A program made the translations under genes and the position numbers. Of a DNA stretch of 64,000 bases, positions 37,536 through 51,961 are shown piece by piece. The DNA is from Octopus sinensis (taxonomy: Eukaryota): positions 110,360,001 through 110,424,000 of the forward strand of contig NC_043001.1 of assembly GCF_006345805.1 (NCBI RefSeq), in the 5' to 3' direction. Position 1 is the first letter of the stretch. Every line of letters starts with the position of its first letter. The notes beneath the pieces are model-generated. The model saw only the letters and a program-made list of their open reading frames with translations. It was not told the DNA's origin and did not search any database.

Positions 37536-38319
37536 CATGAGTGTGTGTGCATGTGTATGTGTGTGTATATTCATGTATGTACGAATACACATGCTTCCAC
37601 ACACACACACACATACCCATGCGTGCATATGCACACACATGTTCAGAGTTATACATATTACAAAAAAAAAAATTAAAAATTGAAAAGTTACGAATCTGTT
37701 GCAATTCTGACAACAGAATACTTATTATTCCGAATAATAATATTTAAAAAGCAATTAGAAACAGCAAACAAGAAGAACAAAAAGAAGAAGAACAACAACA
37801 AAGAACAACAACAAAAGCAACAACAAAACTCCTAACGCGAACCATAAACAACAATAAACAAAACAAACAATAAACAAAATAATAATAATCTGAAATATAA
37901 CAAGCATATATCACTGATAATGGGTGATATACACTCTAACAAATGGTCAGTTGAATTTAGTGTATTTTTAAAGGCATAGATATTGACATTATTATTAATC
38001 GACGTACCAGAATTTATAGTCTGACCTTCATTGAAACGCGTAGAAGCATGCCAGCGTCATTTTAACAAAGTCCATCATCGTACGTTATTCTTATTCCAAA
38101 GAACGTTGCTGTTTGTTACTTTATGAAGACTTTTTAGCTTCACTTCTTTTTCTTCTTCTTCTTCTTCTTCTTCTTCTACCTCTTCTTCTTCTTCTTCGAC
38201 GTCGTCGTCGTCGTCGTCGTCGTTGTCATCGCCGTCACCCTCAACGTCTCCTTCTTTTCCTACTTTCTTTCTCTCTTTTTTTTTCCTTCCGCTTCTAGGA
38301 CATATTTTTCTGACTTTTC

Positions 38320-38379
<60 letters not shown>

Positions 38380-38691
38380 CATTCTTCTTCTTATTTTTTT
38401 TCTGGGACGTCCTCTTTCTTTCATCCTTTCTTTCTTTCCTTCTTGCTTTCTTTACTTTCTTTCTTTCTTTGTTTATTTTCTTATCTTTTCTCTTGCTAAG
38501 TTTTGTACCTTTTTTCTTTACTTCATCATCATCATCATCATAATCGTCGCATTCGTAACGTTGTCATTATCATCATCATCATCATCGCCGTCGTCGTCAC
38601 GATTTCTTCTTATTTTTGTTACACTTTACTTTTTCTTTCTTGCTGTTCTTCTATGTATGCATGCATGTATGTATGCATTTCTATATGCATG

Positions 38692-38757
<66 letters not shown>

Positions 38758-38826
38758 CTACTATCTATCTATCTATCTATCTATCTGTCTGCCTATCTAT
38801 CAACCTACCTACTTACATACCTACCC

Positions 38827-38864
<38 letters not shown>

Positions 38865-38865
38865 A

Positions 38866-38938
<73 letters not shown>

Positions 38939-39096
38939 GTCTCTCTGTCTATCTGTCTGTCTTATCTATCTATCTGTTTATCTATCTCCCTTCCTTTCTT
39001 TTCTCTTCGTCACTCTTCCTCCTTTACACTTTTAAAGTTTTGATTTTTTTAAAATTCTTGTCTATGCTGAAAAATTATTATCTTTATCATTATCAA

Positions 39097-39142
<46 letters not shown>

Positions 39143-39260
39143 ATTATTATTATTATTACTACTACTATTATTATTATTGGTATTATTACTATTATTATCT
39201 TTAGTAGTAGTAGTTGTAGCAGTGGTAGCCCTGTTGTGGTTGTTAAAGCTCTTATCATTA

Positions 39261-39318
<58 letters not shown>

Positions 39319-39677
39319 TCGCTCCGTGTTCTCCATCTCAATATTGTATATATGTGTATATATTTTCATATACACACACACTTTCGCACATTCATGAACG
39401 CATACATATAAATATACACAAACCCACAATCGCATAACACATACACATATATATACATAGCTATAATTATACAAGCATACACACACATATATATATTTAT
39501 ATATAACTTTATATTTATATATACATACACACACATATGTATATATATTTATATATATATATAAATATATATATTCTGTATATATGTTATCATTGGTACA
39601 TGTGTTACACATCTGCACATACTCGCAACATACACATGTATACAAAGTTCATACCTACATAGTAAACACACCAACAT

Positions 39678-39712
<35 letters not shown>

Positions 39713-40664
39713 TATATTAGATATATACATAACTACATAAACACACCCACACAAACACATATATATATATATATATATATATATGCATGTAGACGCTCAT
39801 ATATACATATTTACGATTGCATCGCAGCTGAACCTCCTTTAACTACACAAACCGCCTGCTCGCCAGCTTTCTCCTACGACTTCCACTTTCATAAAATCTC
39901 TCTGTGCATATATCTATCTGTCTACCTATCTATCTCTATCTCTATCACCTACCATTGCATTGCCATCACCAGCACCACCAGCACCATAACCATGGCCGAC
40001 ACTGAAGTTTTAAGATATAAACTTCCAACACACACACACACACACACACACACAAAACCAGAAAACTTCCAGCTTCCTCTTGTTTGCACCGCCATCACAA
40101 TTCACCACCACCACCACCGCTACCGCGAAAACACGCCCATCCCTACCACCACCACCACCACCACCACCACCACCACCACCTTCCGTCTGCACCAACGTTG
40201 CTTAGCTGTATATCACTTTCTCATATCTCTCCTCTCACTACACCTCACTGCTCATTATCTTCAATTATTTCCTTCTCTTCCGCTCTTCCTCACCTCCTCT
40301 CGCTCACAAACACACACATATATAACCACATATATATACATACAGAAATACATCTGCACACATACACAAACACGTACATACATCTATACACCATATATAT
40401 ATTATATATATATATATATATATCACTTACACTCGGAATTTCTCTATATATGTTGATTTTTCTGTATTTTTTTCTAGCGTATTTGAGTTTTATACTTCCT
40501 TTCCTTGTCACTAAAGTTCTCCATTTCTTTCTCCGTGATTATCTGCGCATGCATACATACATACATACACAGACACATGCATACATATATATATTATATA
40601 TATATGTATATATATGTATGTATATATGTATGTATATATATATGTATAAATGTATGTATGTATG

Positions 40665-40696
<32 letters not shown>

Positions 40697-40946
40697 GCAC
40701 ATGTTCACGCACACATATATATATATATTTCTCTATTGCCCACAAGGAGCTAACCATAAAGGGGACAAACAAGGACAGACAAAGGGATTAAGTCGATTAC
40801 ATCGACTCCAGTGCGTAACTGGTACTTTATTTAATCGACCCCGAAAGGAAAGGATGAAAGGCAAATCGACCTCAGCGGAATTTGAACTCAGAACGTAACA
40901 TCAGAGACGAAATACTGCCAAGCGTGCAAACGATTCTGCCAGTTCG

Positions 40947-40988
<42 letters not shown>

Positions 40989-41004
40989 GAAGGTATATGC
41001 GTAC

Positions 41005-41046
<42 letters not shown>

Positions 41047-41081
41047 ATATATACTATACATATATATATATATATTTATAT

Positions 41082-41136
<55 letters not shown>

Positions 41137-41336
41137 TTATATATAAGAAGGTATATGCGTACATGTACGTACATGCATGTCTCTTCTTTACTTATGCATC
41201 ACGTTTGTACGTCTGTAAATATATTTATATTTGTAGTTATCAATGCAGAAATATTTTCAATTTCTTAGTACTGTTGTCTAGTCATATTTTCAGTCTTACT
41301 CCTGCAACAGCTGTTAACACGTATGTCATAGCGAGA

Positions 41337-41380
<44 letters not shown>

Positions 41381-41590
41381 ACGCACGCACACAGAGTCTG
41401 TCTTTCTCTCCCCTTCTCTCTCTCTCTCTCTTATCATACACAAACAAATGCACTCACACACATACACACAGAGACACACACACGTAATTGTACAGATATA
41501 TAACCATATACACACACACACACCAGAAAAACAAACGGTAAGACACGCAAACGCACACATACACTGAGATAGAGAAAGAGAGAGAGAGAC

Positions 41591-41625
<35 letters not shown>

Positions 41626-42000
41626 GAGAGAAAGGAAGCTGGTGAATGGGTAGGAGGATGAAGTGACGGAGACAGAAGCAATGAAAGTCCCAACAAATTA
41701 TGTGGAGAGATAAATATTATAGAGAAGCTCAAGCACATATATATATATATATATATAGGTACATATATATATATGTACATATATATATGTACATATATAC
41801 ATATACACGCATCCATATATATATATATACATATATATATATATGTACATATATATACATATATATATACACGCATCCATATATATATATACATATATAT
41901 ATACACGCATCCATATATATATATATATATGTACATATATATATACATATATACATATATATACATGCATCCTTATATATAGATATTGTTTTCTTTTTTC
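35840..42000. repeat. Large compound microsatellite field: (TA), (CA), (GATA), (CTT), (TTA), (CTAT), (CAC), (GA)
   Basis: Near-continuous simple repeats with short unique islands and one SINE (40727-40949). Confidence 0.9.
40727..40949 (-). mobile_element. SINE family C
   Basis: Reverse complement of 7586-7817, including the AGC(C/T)CCTTGTGGG(T/C)AATA tail. Confidence 0.85.
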
Positions 42001-42194
42001 TTTTACTTGTTTCAGTCATTTGACTGCGGCCATGCTGGAGCACTGCCTTTAGTCGAGCAAATCGACACCGGGACTTATTCTTTTTAAGCCCAGTACTTAT
42101 TCTATCGGTCTCTTTTGCCGAACCGCTAAGTGACGGGGACGTAAACACACCAGCATCGGTTGTCAAACAATGCTAGGGGGAGAAACACAGACAT

Positions 42195-42239
<45 letters not shown>

Positions 42240-42743
42240 TAAAAAAAAAGACTCCGCCGGTTACGACGACGAGGGTCCCAGCTGATACGATCAACGGAAC
42301 CCCTTTGCTCGTGAAATTAACGTGCAAATGGCTGAGCATTCCACAGACACGTGTACCCTTAACGTAGTTCTCGGGGATAATCAGCGGACACAGAGAGTGA
42401 CAAGGCTGACCTTTGAAATACAAGTACAACTCATTTTGCCAGCTGAGTGGACTGGAGCAACGTGAAATAAAGTGTCTTGCTCAAGGACACAACGCGTCGC
42501 CGGGAATCGAACTCACAACCTTACGATCATGAGCCGAATGCCCTAACCACTAAGCCACGCGCCCTCACTATACATATATACGGCAGGCTTCTTTCACTTT
42601 CTGTCCACCAAAACCACTCACAAAGCATTGGTCGGCCCGGGGCTATAGCTGAAGACACTTGCCCAAGATGCCACGCAGTGGGACAGAACCCGGAACGATG
42701 TGGTTGGTAAACAAGCTACTTACCACACAGCCACTCCTGAGCC
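41995..42743 (-). mobile_element. SINE family A with a nested family B SINE
   Basis: Family A tail 41995-42240 and head 42570-42743 are separated by the insert at 42250-42567. Confidence 0.9.
42250..42567 (-). mobile_element. SINE family B, full length, inserted in the TA tract of a family A SINE
   Basis: Reverse complement of 45321-45648. Confidence 0.9.
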
Positions 42744-42844
42744 TATATATGTACATATATATATACATATATACATATACATATATATATATACATGCAT
42801 CCATATACATATATATATATACATGCATCCACCATATATATATA

Positions 42845-42891
<47 letters not shown>

Positions 42892-42966
42892 TCCATATAT
42901 ATATAAATATATATATACATATATATATACACGCATCCATATATACATATATGTGTATATATATAT

Positions 42967-42997
<31 letters not shown>

Positions 42998-43503
42998 CAC
43001 GCATCCATGTATGTGTTTATAATTTCTATTAATGACTGTTTACCCCTCCCTTTGTTGACATCTTCCTTACTACTCTTGTCTCTTACTCTTACTCTCCCCT
43101 AATTCCTTTCCACCCCACCCTCCCCACTCAGGCTTTCTCTCTGTCTGTATCTCTCCCTCTCCTCCCCTCTCTCTCTCTCCTACAGATCTACACACGCGCA
43201 GACAGTCTCTCCTACCGCTTTCTTTCTCCCTCTATCGCTAATTCTATTCTCTCCTCCACCCACCCCCATTTCGTCTGGCCTCCACACACACACACACACA
43301 CACACACCTACACCACCTACAACTACACATACCCACATATTGTGTAACACAGAGCCACCCTTAAGTACTCGTACCCTCCCTCGCCATTCAGTTTGTCTCC
43401 AGAAGTCGCGCGCGCTAACATTTCACGAATACACTCACTCGTAAATACATATACAAATACAAACACACACACACAAACAAACACACACACACACACACAC
43501 ACA

Positions 43504-43590
<87 letters not shown>

Positions 43591-44497
43591 CACACACACA
43601 CACAAGCACACACACACTCACGTACACATACAGAAGCAAAACTCACATACGCTCTCAAAAGTCACAGACTAGTCTCAAGATGCACATCCCAAAACTTGAT
43701 TTCGTAAGAACCACATGTGAGCGGTCGTTATATTCAAACAGCATTTTCCTTGCAGGAAAGATCTTTCGTGTTCGTGTGCGCGCTTGTTTGTATTTTGTTT
43801 TGCTTCGTTTCGTTTTTTTTCTTTAAAAAAAAAAAAAAAAATTGCTCTTCCTCCTTATATTTTGTTCATTGTTGAAGTTTTGGCATTGTACTTTTAAAAA
43901 GCTGTATTTCTTTTCTTAACTCGCAGTAATATTGTTGTTCCAGTTACTGCTGTTATCTTTATCAATGTTTTGTTTTGCTGTCTGTAGTTACATCCCTTCC
44001 CAGACTTAGTGGAAATCCAGACACTTTTAACTTCATCTTTCGTCTTTACTGTGGCGATACACAATAAGCAACGTACAAGCAGTGAGATGTTTAAATATCA
44101 AATATAACTCATAATTTTAGACTGGTGTCTGTTTCAGATACTTATTTTTTTTTTTGCTGTGCCCCTCCTCATAAAGAGGAAGACAGCCCTCACATGTTCG
44201 GCGATAGCTATTGCTATATATGCAGGCATCGTACACCATGTTGACAAAATGAAGTAGCTTCTCGACTGAATGTTATGTTGACAACAGGTCCCAGTTTTGG
44301 TCCACGGATATGCTCTCTTTGCGCATTATCTTATATTCAACTGCTGGAAAAGTGTCTGCTTATTGGATGAGGCACATCCCCAGCCATATCCTCTTCAGCA
44401 TTACTACTCCAAGATTTCAACTCAGAACTCATTGATCCTGAATTATACCATTCCCGAATGACTGTCACTTTGACACTGCTTGCCTATATAAGGACTA

Positions 44498-44566
<69 letters not shown>

Positions 44567-44599
44567 ACACATACACACACACACATACATACACACATA

Positions 44600-45220
44600 G
44601 AAATTGCAAAACTCTACTGCAACGTATCATCAAATAAAAGGATGAGTCTCTATGAGCAGAAGACTATGCATGGATATGTTAGTAGAAAGCTCCGTGATGA
44701 TTAACATCGATCATCAAAGCAATTTATCAATAGCCAGATTACTACCTTCCACTTTAAAGGGTATGCATTTGCAATCCAGGAACAGAAAATATCAACCAAG
44801 TACCTGATGCACAAAAGGGATAGAGATGCCGTAAAATGCGACAACCGATGCAGACTTTGTGGAGTTCACACTGAAGATATCACCCACATCATAAGCAATT
44901 GTCCGAAAATTCCATCACGGTATTCTCTACCGATGAGACATGACGTTGTATCTAGGACAATCTATAATGAAATCCGTTGGAAGGATAATCACGAGGACAA
45001 AGAAATAAAAATCCACAATATGGTAGAAGCCATAGCCACTCCTAATGAAAAGGAATATTAGTGGAATATACCAGTGAAGACCTCAATAAAATGTAAGTAC
45101 AACAAGCCCGATATAATGATTTGGGATGGAGAATAAACTGGGCACAGTTGTGGAAATTAGCTGCCCAGTGGATGTTAACATAAACCTGAAGATCAGTGAC
45201 GAAGTGTACAAGTATCTTGA
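44600..45220 (+). pseudogene. Dong/R4-type LINE fragment: CCHC zinc knuckle and restriction-like endonuclease
   Basis: GYAFAIQEQKISTKYL, CRLCGVHTEDITHIISNC (CCHC), MRHDVV (RH motif), then *WNIPVKTSIKCKYNKPDIMIWD...VVEISCP (PD-(D/E) motif). Includes ORF 44807..45061; has in-frame stops. Confidence 0.9.
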
Positions 45221-45320
45221 AGTATCTTGTGATTAATGATAATGTTGCATGCTTTGATGAAGTTAATACATAAATTTTGCAAGTCACAGATGGCCATATT
45301 CAAAAGGAGTTATAACCTTG

Positions 45321-45648
45321 TGGAGGTGCGTGGCTTAGTGGTTAGAGCATTCGGCTCATACTGATAAAGTTGTGAGGTCAAATCTCGACGACGCATTGTG
45401 TCCTTGATCAAGACATTTTTATTTCACGTTGCTCCAGTCTACTCACCTGGCACAAATGAGTTGTACCTGTATTTCAAAAGGACCAGACTTGTCACATTCT
45501 GTGTCTCGCTGAAGTCCCCAGTGAACTCCGTTAAGTGTGCGTGTGTCTGTGGAGTGCTCAGCCGCTCGCATGTTAATTTCACGAGCAAGCAGTTCCGTTG
45601 ATCGGATCAACTGGAACCTTCGTCGTCGTAACCGACGGAGCGCCAGTT
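45321..45648 (+). mobile_element. SINE family B, full length
   Basis: Head TGGAGGTGCGTGGCTTAGTGGTTAG; imperfect TSD GTTATAACCT / GTTACAACCT. Confidence 0.9.
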
Positions 45649-45649
45649 A

Positions 45650-45790
45650 CAACCTGTAATGTTTTTGCTGTAACAGTGCTAGCAACAGCACTTGCGATGC
45701 TTGGAATTCCTTAAATGGATCCGCAGTTTGGATGTGAAAACTAAGAATGTACTAACCCCAACTTCTGTCTTACGCATCAATAGTGACATG
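45650..45790 (+). pseudogene. Short Dong/R4-type RT thumb fragment
   Basis: NVFAVTVLATALAML and IRSLDVKTKNVLT...INSD resemble the post-RT NxFAVPVL and IDxKTRKxLT...NSD motifs. Confidence 0.5.
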
Positions 45791-46587
45791 ACACAGTCAG
45801 GATTGAAAGCGATCGACCTTTCAGCACCGCATCATATCATTCAGATGAAACTCTGTAGTAGGGTAAAGGAAAACATATAGAACTGGCGAGTAACACATAA
45901 AATAGCTCATCGAGCTTACACCTGCCCTATGTGACGCAAGAATACCTGGTCTTACATTCTTAAATAGAAGCTTAGAGAATAAACATTCACCGCATCAGCA
46001 GAATATTATGCATATAAAGATATCTGCAAGCTAGAGAATAACAATAACATTAATAAGAAGCATAGGATTCCTAGACGTTGATGTACATTCATGCATACTT
46101 TAGTTGGCACAGGCATCCATGCATACATTAGTCGGCACAAGCATTGGTGCATATATAAGTCGGCATTCGTACATAAAAGGAATAAATATATCAATTATAA
46201 TATTTCTTTCTTGGGCTCGATAAAATATGGAACGGTAAGTGCTGGCATCGAATAAATCTAATACAAGTTTTCCTCAAAGTATATGGTTTTGTAATTGAGC
46301 TACATATATAATTATTCAGAGTTTGATTTATACGGGGAGCAAAGAAACGTGTTTTTTAAAATGTTCCTGTAATAATGTAGCTTTACTGTTAGAGTTATAA
46401 GGAAAGTTCTTTCACTCTTAAACCTGCTCAAAGTTACTTTGCTATGAAAAGAACATGTAGTTTTCCCCCACGTTATATATAATTAAAATATTTCAAATTT
46501 TTACCACAGGTGAAGCTTGGGGGAGGTGGGGTCGAGTCAATTACATTAACTTCAGTGTTCAATAAAATATAATAAATGCGCCCTTTT

Positions 46588-46824
46588 AAAGCCTAGCCAG
46601 GCTCATGGGCCCAGTTTCCCGGTTTGTATGACGTACATGTTCCCCAGCTGGACGGGACGCCTATCCATCGCAGCGTTACTCATTTTTGCCAGCTGAGTGG
46701 ACTAGAGCAACGTGAAATGAGGTGCTTTGCTCAAGAACACAACGCATCGCCCAGTCCAGGAATCGAAACCACAATCTTACGATCATGGTGCTGAGGCCCT
46801 AATCACTACGCCACGCGCCTCCAC
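46588..46824 (-). mobile_element. Hybrid SINE: family B head and body with family D tail
   Basis: 46680-46824 matches 42430-42567 (family B); 46588-46680 matches 3474-3572 (family D). Confidence 0.8.
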
Positions 46825-47039
46825 TTCCGTGTTCAACTGGTACTTAATTTACAGACTCCGTAAGGATAAAAAGCAAAGTTAACGTCGGCGGAATTAGAAT
46901 TCATAACGTAGCAACGGGCGAAATGCCACTAAACATCTCACCCAGCGTGCTAACGGGTTTGACAGCTCGTCGCTTTAATATTCATTGATATAATTCTTTC
47001 TACTATAGCCACAAGGCCTGACATTCTACGGAGGGGCTA

Positions 47040-47520
47040 GTTGATTACATCGACCTCAGTACTCAACTGCTACTTATTATACTGATCCCAAAAGGATGAA
47101 AGGCAAAGTCGACCTCGGTGGAATTTGAACTGAGAACATAGCAACTGGCGAAATTGTTGTTGTTGTTTGTTCCTTCTGGAGCCACGCCTGGCTCATAATG
47201 AGCCGGTTTCCCGGTTTCCTTGGCGTATAGGTTCCCCACCTGGACGGGACGCCGGTCCGTCTCAAGTGAGCTGCAAGATGCAGGAGGAAAGAGTGAGAGA
47301 AATTTGTGGCGAAAGACTCAGCAGAAGTTCACCATTACCTTCTGCAGGTGCCACGTTGAGCTTAGGTTTTTCGCTCATAAACACACACATCGCCTGGTCT
47401 GAGAGTCGAACCCGCGACCCAGCTGCTCTAACCACTAGGCTATGTTCGTCCACAACGGGTGAAATACTGCTCAGCATTTCGTCTAGCGTGCTAACGAGTC
47501 TGCCAGCTCGCCGCCTTAAT
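47040..47520 (-). mobile_element. SINE family C with a nested family D SINE (47155-47453)
   Basis: The family C halves flank the insert; imperfect TSD CAACTGGCGAAAT / CAACGGGTGAAAT. Confidence 0.85.
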
Positions 47521-47777
47521 ATTAATTAATATTATGCTATGTAAATTATATAGATTTTTTTCTAAATTCGATACGAGGCCCAAAATTTTCAGTTGGAATA
47601 TATTGGTTACATAAGCCCAAGAATTCAACTAGAATCTATTTTATCGACCCTGAAAGAATGTAAGGCAAAATCGGTTCAACGGACTTGAAGTCAGAACGAG
47701 GCAGTAACTATTCTGCCAACTCCTCACCTTTTGTAAACTACATATGAAGAATAAATTGAATCATAACAGTAAATTGA

Positions 47778-47929
47778 AGGCGCGGGCGTGGCTGCGTGGT
47801 AAGAAGCTTGCTTCTCAACCGCGTGGTTCCGTGCCACCTTCAGCAAGTGTATTCTGCTATAGTCCCGAGCCGACCAAAAACCTTGTGAGTGGATTTGGTA
47901 GAAGGAAACTGAAAGAAGCTCGTCATATG

Positions 47930-47992
<63 letters not shown>

Positions 47993-48213
47993 AGTATATG
48001 TTTGTGTGTCTGTGTTTGTCTTCGAAACATCACTTGATAATCGACGCTGGTGTGTTTACGTCCCAGTAACTTAGCGCTTTGGCAAAAAAGTCCGATACAA
48101 TAAGTACTAAGCTTACAAAGAATAAGTCCTGGTGTCGATTTGCTCGACTAAAGGCGGTACTCCAACATGGCTGCAGCCAAGTGACTGAAACAATTAAAAT
48201 AGAGTAAAAGAGA

Positions 48214-48215
<2 letters not shown>
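47778..48215 (+). mobile_element. SINE family A
   Basis: Same head, TA/TG tract and tail as 27961-28430. Confidence 0.9.
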
Positions 48216-48252
<37 letters not shown>

Positions 48253-50305
48253 TATAAGCATATAATGTTACAGCTATCGAAAAATATATATTAGCTTACT
48301 ATTCATACCAAAAAATGTTTTGAATTTAAAGCATTGCATTACTATTTGTTGCTCTAGATACTTACTTGTCTATCGATTTCATAGCTAGTACCTAGAAGTG
48401 TTGCCATTTTGATGTGATAAAAAGGGGTTCACCTTAATTAGCTGAACAGCCTATTTTCTATAAATGAGGGTGCGATTGAATATCTGATCGAGCTGATAGA
48501 CCTATATAAAAGTATGACTAGATCGGAGCGCAGGATTGAGAAAAAGACACATGCCCTTGAGCTAATTCAATTTTTTCCCTGTCTGTTTCTAAATTGGTTT
48601 AAAACTCCCACTGTTTTGCATCTCGTAAATATTATGCTCCACATCCTCCACTCTTATCGCAATACTGGTGTAATTATTAAAGAGTAAGGCAAAATACACC
48701 GCGGTGTTTCCGGCTTTTTTACGTTTTGAGTACAAAACAGCGTGGAGGACATCTTTGTTCTCCATGCTTTAAATTTCGAAACGAACTGTGCAATAATAAC
48801 GTAGTAGCATCGATGGTATCGTGGTTACACATTCCCCTCCTCACCCCTAAAATTGCTGGCCTTATGACTGAATTATAAACATTTATCGACGGTGGGGTTG
48901 GGGGAAATTTATTACCAGAATTATTACAGTGTTTGTAAAATGCTTGGTGGTAGCTCTTGCGATTTTTTACATTCTGACTTGGAATTCTTCCATAGTCAGC
49001 CTTGATTATCATCCTTCCGGGTCGGTAAAATAAAACTCCAGGCGAATAGGGGCTGGGGGAAATTTATTGGCAGAAGTATTAAGGTGAAGGTGTGAAACAT
49101 GATTATAAAAAATCGCTCAAAGCTAGGTATGAACAACATACTAACACTTTCTTCAACATGTATAGATAAAATAATGTTACTTCTCTGAAGCAGCAAATTT
49201 GTAAAACATGGGAGCTGGGAACTACGAATACAAGTTCCCGCTGGGAATAATAGTTAATGACGCTGATTCTTCAAATTGACCAAAAGCAACACGAGACGTG
49301 TTGCCCCATGATACAGTAACTAAGTATACTCAGCAGGAGGCTTACAACATATTTGTTCACAAAACAGAAAATTTCCGCAGGAGCGCCGTATCAGAATGGT
49401 AGTAGACAAAATCTTTGGAGAAACGGCAATATTAATAAGGGTCATAATTACAGATACAAGGATGAAAATGGACAGGAAAATATAATTGATAGATAGCATG
49501 CATCTAACAAGAAAATTTCTGTGTTTGAATACCTCTTACAAAAACATGAAGGACCTTGCATCATAAAGTTTGTGTTTCAACCAAAATCTCAATACATACA
49601 TACACAGACACACACACACATACATACATACATACATACACACATACATATAGAGAAAGAAACAGACACAGATACACACATACAAACATGCATGCATGTG
49701 TATACATACATCCATGCATCTACCCATACATACACACACACAGATGAATACATGACATAAGTACATAGGGATATATATATTTATATATATATCCGTATCT
49801 TTCTCACTATCTATATACCTCTATTTCTCTCTCTCTCTCTCTATCTACCTACTTACCTACCTATTTATCTATATATCTATCTATCTACTTTATGGCTTGT
49901 ACCTTTTCTTACTCCCCTGTATAATTGTCAAGTTGCCTTCTCTCCGTCTCTCCATTTTAAAAAGAAAGTATATCGTTCTGTAATTTCGTATCTACTCTAC
50001 ATTTTTCTCCTCCGTTCTTTCCTGTCCTGTCCTTTCCCTCTCTGTGTCTCTGTCCCTCAATTTATTAGCTTCACTCTCCCTTTACTACAAATTTCAACAT
50101 TCTCTCAACAAAGTATGCAACCCCAGTTCTGCCATATCACATTGCTTATTTGATATTTGGAAACGGCAAAAGTTGACACATTCACACACACACATACACA
50201 ACATACACCGACATATAACTATACATATAACACCAACACACGCAAAATACACTGGCATATATATATATATTATATATATATATATTATATATATATATAA
50301 TATAT

Positions 50306-50339
<34 letters not shown>

Positions 50340-50811
50340 CAACGAAAACTACATGCAAAGTACTTGACGTGTATACAACACACCCACGCAAACATTTGCA
50401 CGCATACATACCACACATACATAATGAAACAGAAAACATGTAACAAAACGGAAACTTTCAATGGCAGTGGGTGTGTGTGTATGTATATATATATAATATA
50501 TATATATATATTATATATATATATACATACATAAATACATAAGCATATCATAAACATATGTATATATATATATATATCATATATATATGTATATTATATA
50601 TGCATATATATTCATATATACGTGTATGTATGAGTGTGTGTGTGTGTCTGTATACATGAATGAAAGTGTAGTAGGGTGTACATGCATATACATCATTGAC
50701 AAAGCAGTCGGCACATACTCTTATATCAATGGTAATCCGGTTGGCGTACATGCTTGTATATATATATCAATTACAAATTAGTTGTGTAATAATATCGATG
50801 GTAAAACAGAG

Positions 50812-50842
<31 letters not shown>

Positions 50843-50984
50843 TATATATATATAGTAATGTAAATACATACAGCTAACTGTGACAGAGATGGTAATACTT
50901 GTGCAGCTATACGCACATATTTACACACTCCCTCCGATCTCTCTCTCTTACCCAACATATATATAATACATAGTTATATATATA

Positions 50985-51023
<39 letters not shown>

Positions 51024-51961
51024 TACATATATATATATGTGTGTGTGTAAGCATAAAAATATAGATATATTTATATATTAACATGCGCACAAATATATGT
51101 TTACAGCCAAAAATATAACTATATTAATAAAATATCCATATGCCATTCTACACTTGAAGATCTTCCAGTCTCATAAGTTACCTACTCAATCATCAGTGTT
51201 GCGGCAGAAATTTTAATATTAAGCATATCTAATTCCATGTAGCATGTCAGTGTTTGGTGTTTTCTTGCAAAAGAAAGATAGATCGTTAAAACAAATGGAA
51301 CCATCAAAAATAAACCTAATTTATGCACATTCATGATGCGTTTAAATTCAGATGTAAATAAATTCCCATTAAACCTAATCTACTTCGTTGAGAAGGTACT
51401 AAATAGATTTAGATTTTTAACTGTTCGAATATTTTACAACATCTAATTAAAAATCCAGTCACTTGTTAATGAGGCAAATCTTAATCTACTGGCATTCACA
51501 CTCCGAAATATATATAGGTATATGTTAGACATATATTTCACACTCCATTTGTTCGTTTCAATTTTGGTTGAAGCAGTCTTCCAAATTGAATGCTAGTACA
51601 AATTGCATATCTATAATTACAAAACTTCTCTCCCGCCACTGATGATTATGTATGTAACACATGATACTTTGTAATCTCAAAGTCTGGAGATTGTACCGAT
51701 ATATACAGTTTTATTTGTAATTATTGAGTGTGTTGTTGCCGTTAACACTTACCTTAATTAGCCTTAGCTCATTAATTTGCTATACTGCATTTGAAATGGG
51801 AAGCATATTTCTAATAATACTCATTTCCGTAGAGTCCGACATCATGTCAGTGGCGTCGTCTGCGTATGTGACACGCCTCTGCTGTGATCTAATTCCTGTG
51901 GAATACACTTCAAGCTCTCCAGCCCTCGCAGCAAATGTTCAAATGCGAATACATATAAAGG

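Noticed and set aside
49100-49250. SLKARYEQHTNTF...TSL...W, a possible GIY-YIG remnant
   Set aside because: Too short and decayed; no YIG motif seen.
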